IMG/VR virus record: IMGVR_UViG_3300028854_000008 | Coordinates: 63,374-127,373 of that record | DNA length: 64,000 nt | Source of the DNA: a virus | Lineage: Duplodnaviria; Heunggongvirae; Uroviricota; Caudoviricetes | Direction: 5' to 3' (one strand) | Shown: positions 62,858 through 64,000 of the stretch, in pieces | How positions within the stretch are numbered: the stretch's first letter is position 1 | Layout: each line of letters starts with the position of its first letter | Translations under genes and position numbers: made by a program | Notes under the pieces: model-generated | What the model was told of the DNA's origin: nothing | Seen by the model: the letters and a program-made list of their open reading frames with translations, nothing else | The model's database searches: none

Positions 62858-63340
62858 ATGAATGAAAAAGCACAACTGGCTGCTGTTCAACAAAATGGTT
62901 ATGCAATTCAATACATCGACAAGCCAAGCGAAGCTATGCAAATGGCTGCTGTTCAACAAAATGGTTGTGCAATTGAATACATCAGCAAGCCAAGCGAAGC
63001 TGTGCAAATGGCTGCTGTTCAACAAAATGGTCGGGCAATTTACTACATCGACAAGCCAAGCGAAGCTGTGCAACTGGCTGCTGTTCAACAAAATGGTTAT
63101 GCAATTGAATACATCGACAAGCCAAGCGAAGCTGTGCAAATGGCTGCTGTTCAACAATATGGTCGTGCAATTGAATACATCAGCAAGCCAAGCGAAGCTG
63201 TGCAAATGGCTGCTGTTCAAGAAGATAGTTGGGCAATTTGCTACATCGACAAGCCAAGCGAAACTGTGCAAATGGCTGCTGTTCAACGAAATTATTGGGC
63301 AATTCAATTCATAAAAAGCCAACAATTAATGTCAAATTAA
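62858..63340 (+). CDS. DUF4116-type tandem-repeat protein (~7 repeats)
   Basis: 69-bp repeats; tail region partly degenerated. Confidence 0.7.
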   Translation: MNEKAQLAAVQQNGYAIQYIDKPSEAMQMAAVQQNGCAIEYISKPSEAVQMAAVQQNGRAIYYIDKPSEAVQLAAVQQNGYAIEYIDKPSEAVQMAAVQQYGRAIEYISKPSEAVQMAAVQEDSWAICYIDKPSETVQMAAVQRNYWAIQFIKSQQLMSN

Positions 63341-63361
63341 TGGCTAAATTGCTGTCTTAAA

Positions 63362-63437
63362 ATATTCAAAACAAAGCACTTATTTTCTTATTGACTTTAC
63401 TCTTAACCTTTGATACAATATATTTATTGGAGAGTAT
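63362..63437 (+). promoter_or_regulatory. conserved promoter element variant (as 38345) driving 63438 gene
   Basis: AAACAAAGCACTTATTTTCTTATTGACTTTACTCTTAACCTTTGATACAAT. Confidence 0.5.
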
Positions 63438-63749
63438 ATGACTGATATGACAGTTGCAAAGACGATTCTAGAACAGCTCGGCGGCCCTCGTTTTTTGGTA
63501 ATGACTGGCGCTCGTGGTCTGGTTGGCTCCGAAAATTCTCTTAGTTTCAAAGTTCCAAATGCCGCAAAGAAGATTACACAAGTGATTATAACTATAATGC
63601 CTTCAGATACTTACAAGATGGAATTCATAAATTGCCGAATGGCGGCGCATGGGTTAAAACGTGAAATTATCAGTTCATTTGATGATGTTTATTGTGATCA
63701 ACTTCAAAAAATCTTCACTGAAGAGACAGCTCTTTATACTCATATTTAA
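63438..63749 (+). CDS. hypothetical protein
   Basis: ORF track; GGAGAGTAT SD. Confidence 0.5.
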   Translation: MTDMTVAKTILEQLGGPRFLVMTGARGLVGSENSLSFKVPNAAKKITQVIITIMPSDTYKMEFINCRMAAHGLKREIISSFDDVYCDQLQKIFTEETALYTHI

Positions 63750-63792
63750 ATTATACATATTATCATATATAATCCATCCATAAAGTAAACAA

Positions 63793-63822
63793 AAGCCCCA
63801 TGAGATTGTCATGGGGCTTTCT
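63793..63822 (+). terminator. intrinsic terminator AGCCCCATGA/TCATGGGGCT
   Basis: Perfect 10-bp stem followed by TTTCTG. Confidence 0.55.
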
Positions 63823-64000
63823 GCTACGCCAAAATACCTTTTTAAGTCATTGATTCTAAAGACCCAAAAACAAGAAAAATGCCCTATAACCCGCTCTAAG
63901 CCCCTCAGACATGTCCAAGTGCCATAAAGCAAATAATATTGCTTAAAAGGCATTTTTAAGCTCTTTGTTTTGTGTTTGTTACAAATTGTTGATTGCAAAG

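Overview
This window reads as an AT-rich (about one-third GC) stretch of a large virulent-type bacteriophage genome, essentially a tRNA/accessory island. Evidence for a bacterial host is the many near-consensus sigma70 promoters (TTGACA-N17-TATAAT/TATACT), purine-rich Shine-Dalgarno sites, factor-independent terminators, one dominant coding strand of short tightly packed ORFs, and ATGA start/stop overlaps. I folded about 30 tRNA genes by hand, interleaved with five HNH homing endonucleases. There is a T4-like RNA repair and processing set: Pnkp, an Rnl1 homolog, an Rnl2-like ligase, two further KxDG ligase-like ORFs, a CCA-adding enzyme, an RlmN/Cfr-like radical-SAM methyltransferase and a DEDDh exonuclease. 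Metabolic and likely anti-defence genes include ThyX, NadA, GuaC, a NUDIX hydrolase, a small (p)ppGpp hydrolase, a PP2C phosphatase, a WGR protein, a metallophosphatase, a QueD-like protein, and ClpX plus ClpS. Five features stand out. A noncanonical radical-SAM/SPASM enzyme sits between three paralogous small proteins that share a Ser-rich N-terminal motif. Many tRNAs have unusual architecture. Two conserved genes carry in-frame stop codons. DUF4116 tandem-repeat genes form a cassette family flanked by a conserved promoter element. Many small proteins share a C-terminal ..IEKL(S/A)(S/A/E) tail. All tRNA folds and coordinates were done by eye (within about 2 nt) and need tRNAscan-SE/ARAGORN confirmation; protein calls rest on recognised motifs, not database searches.
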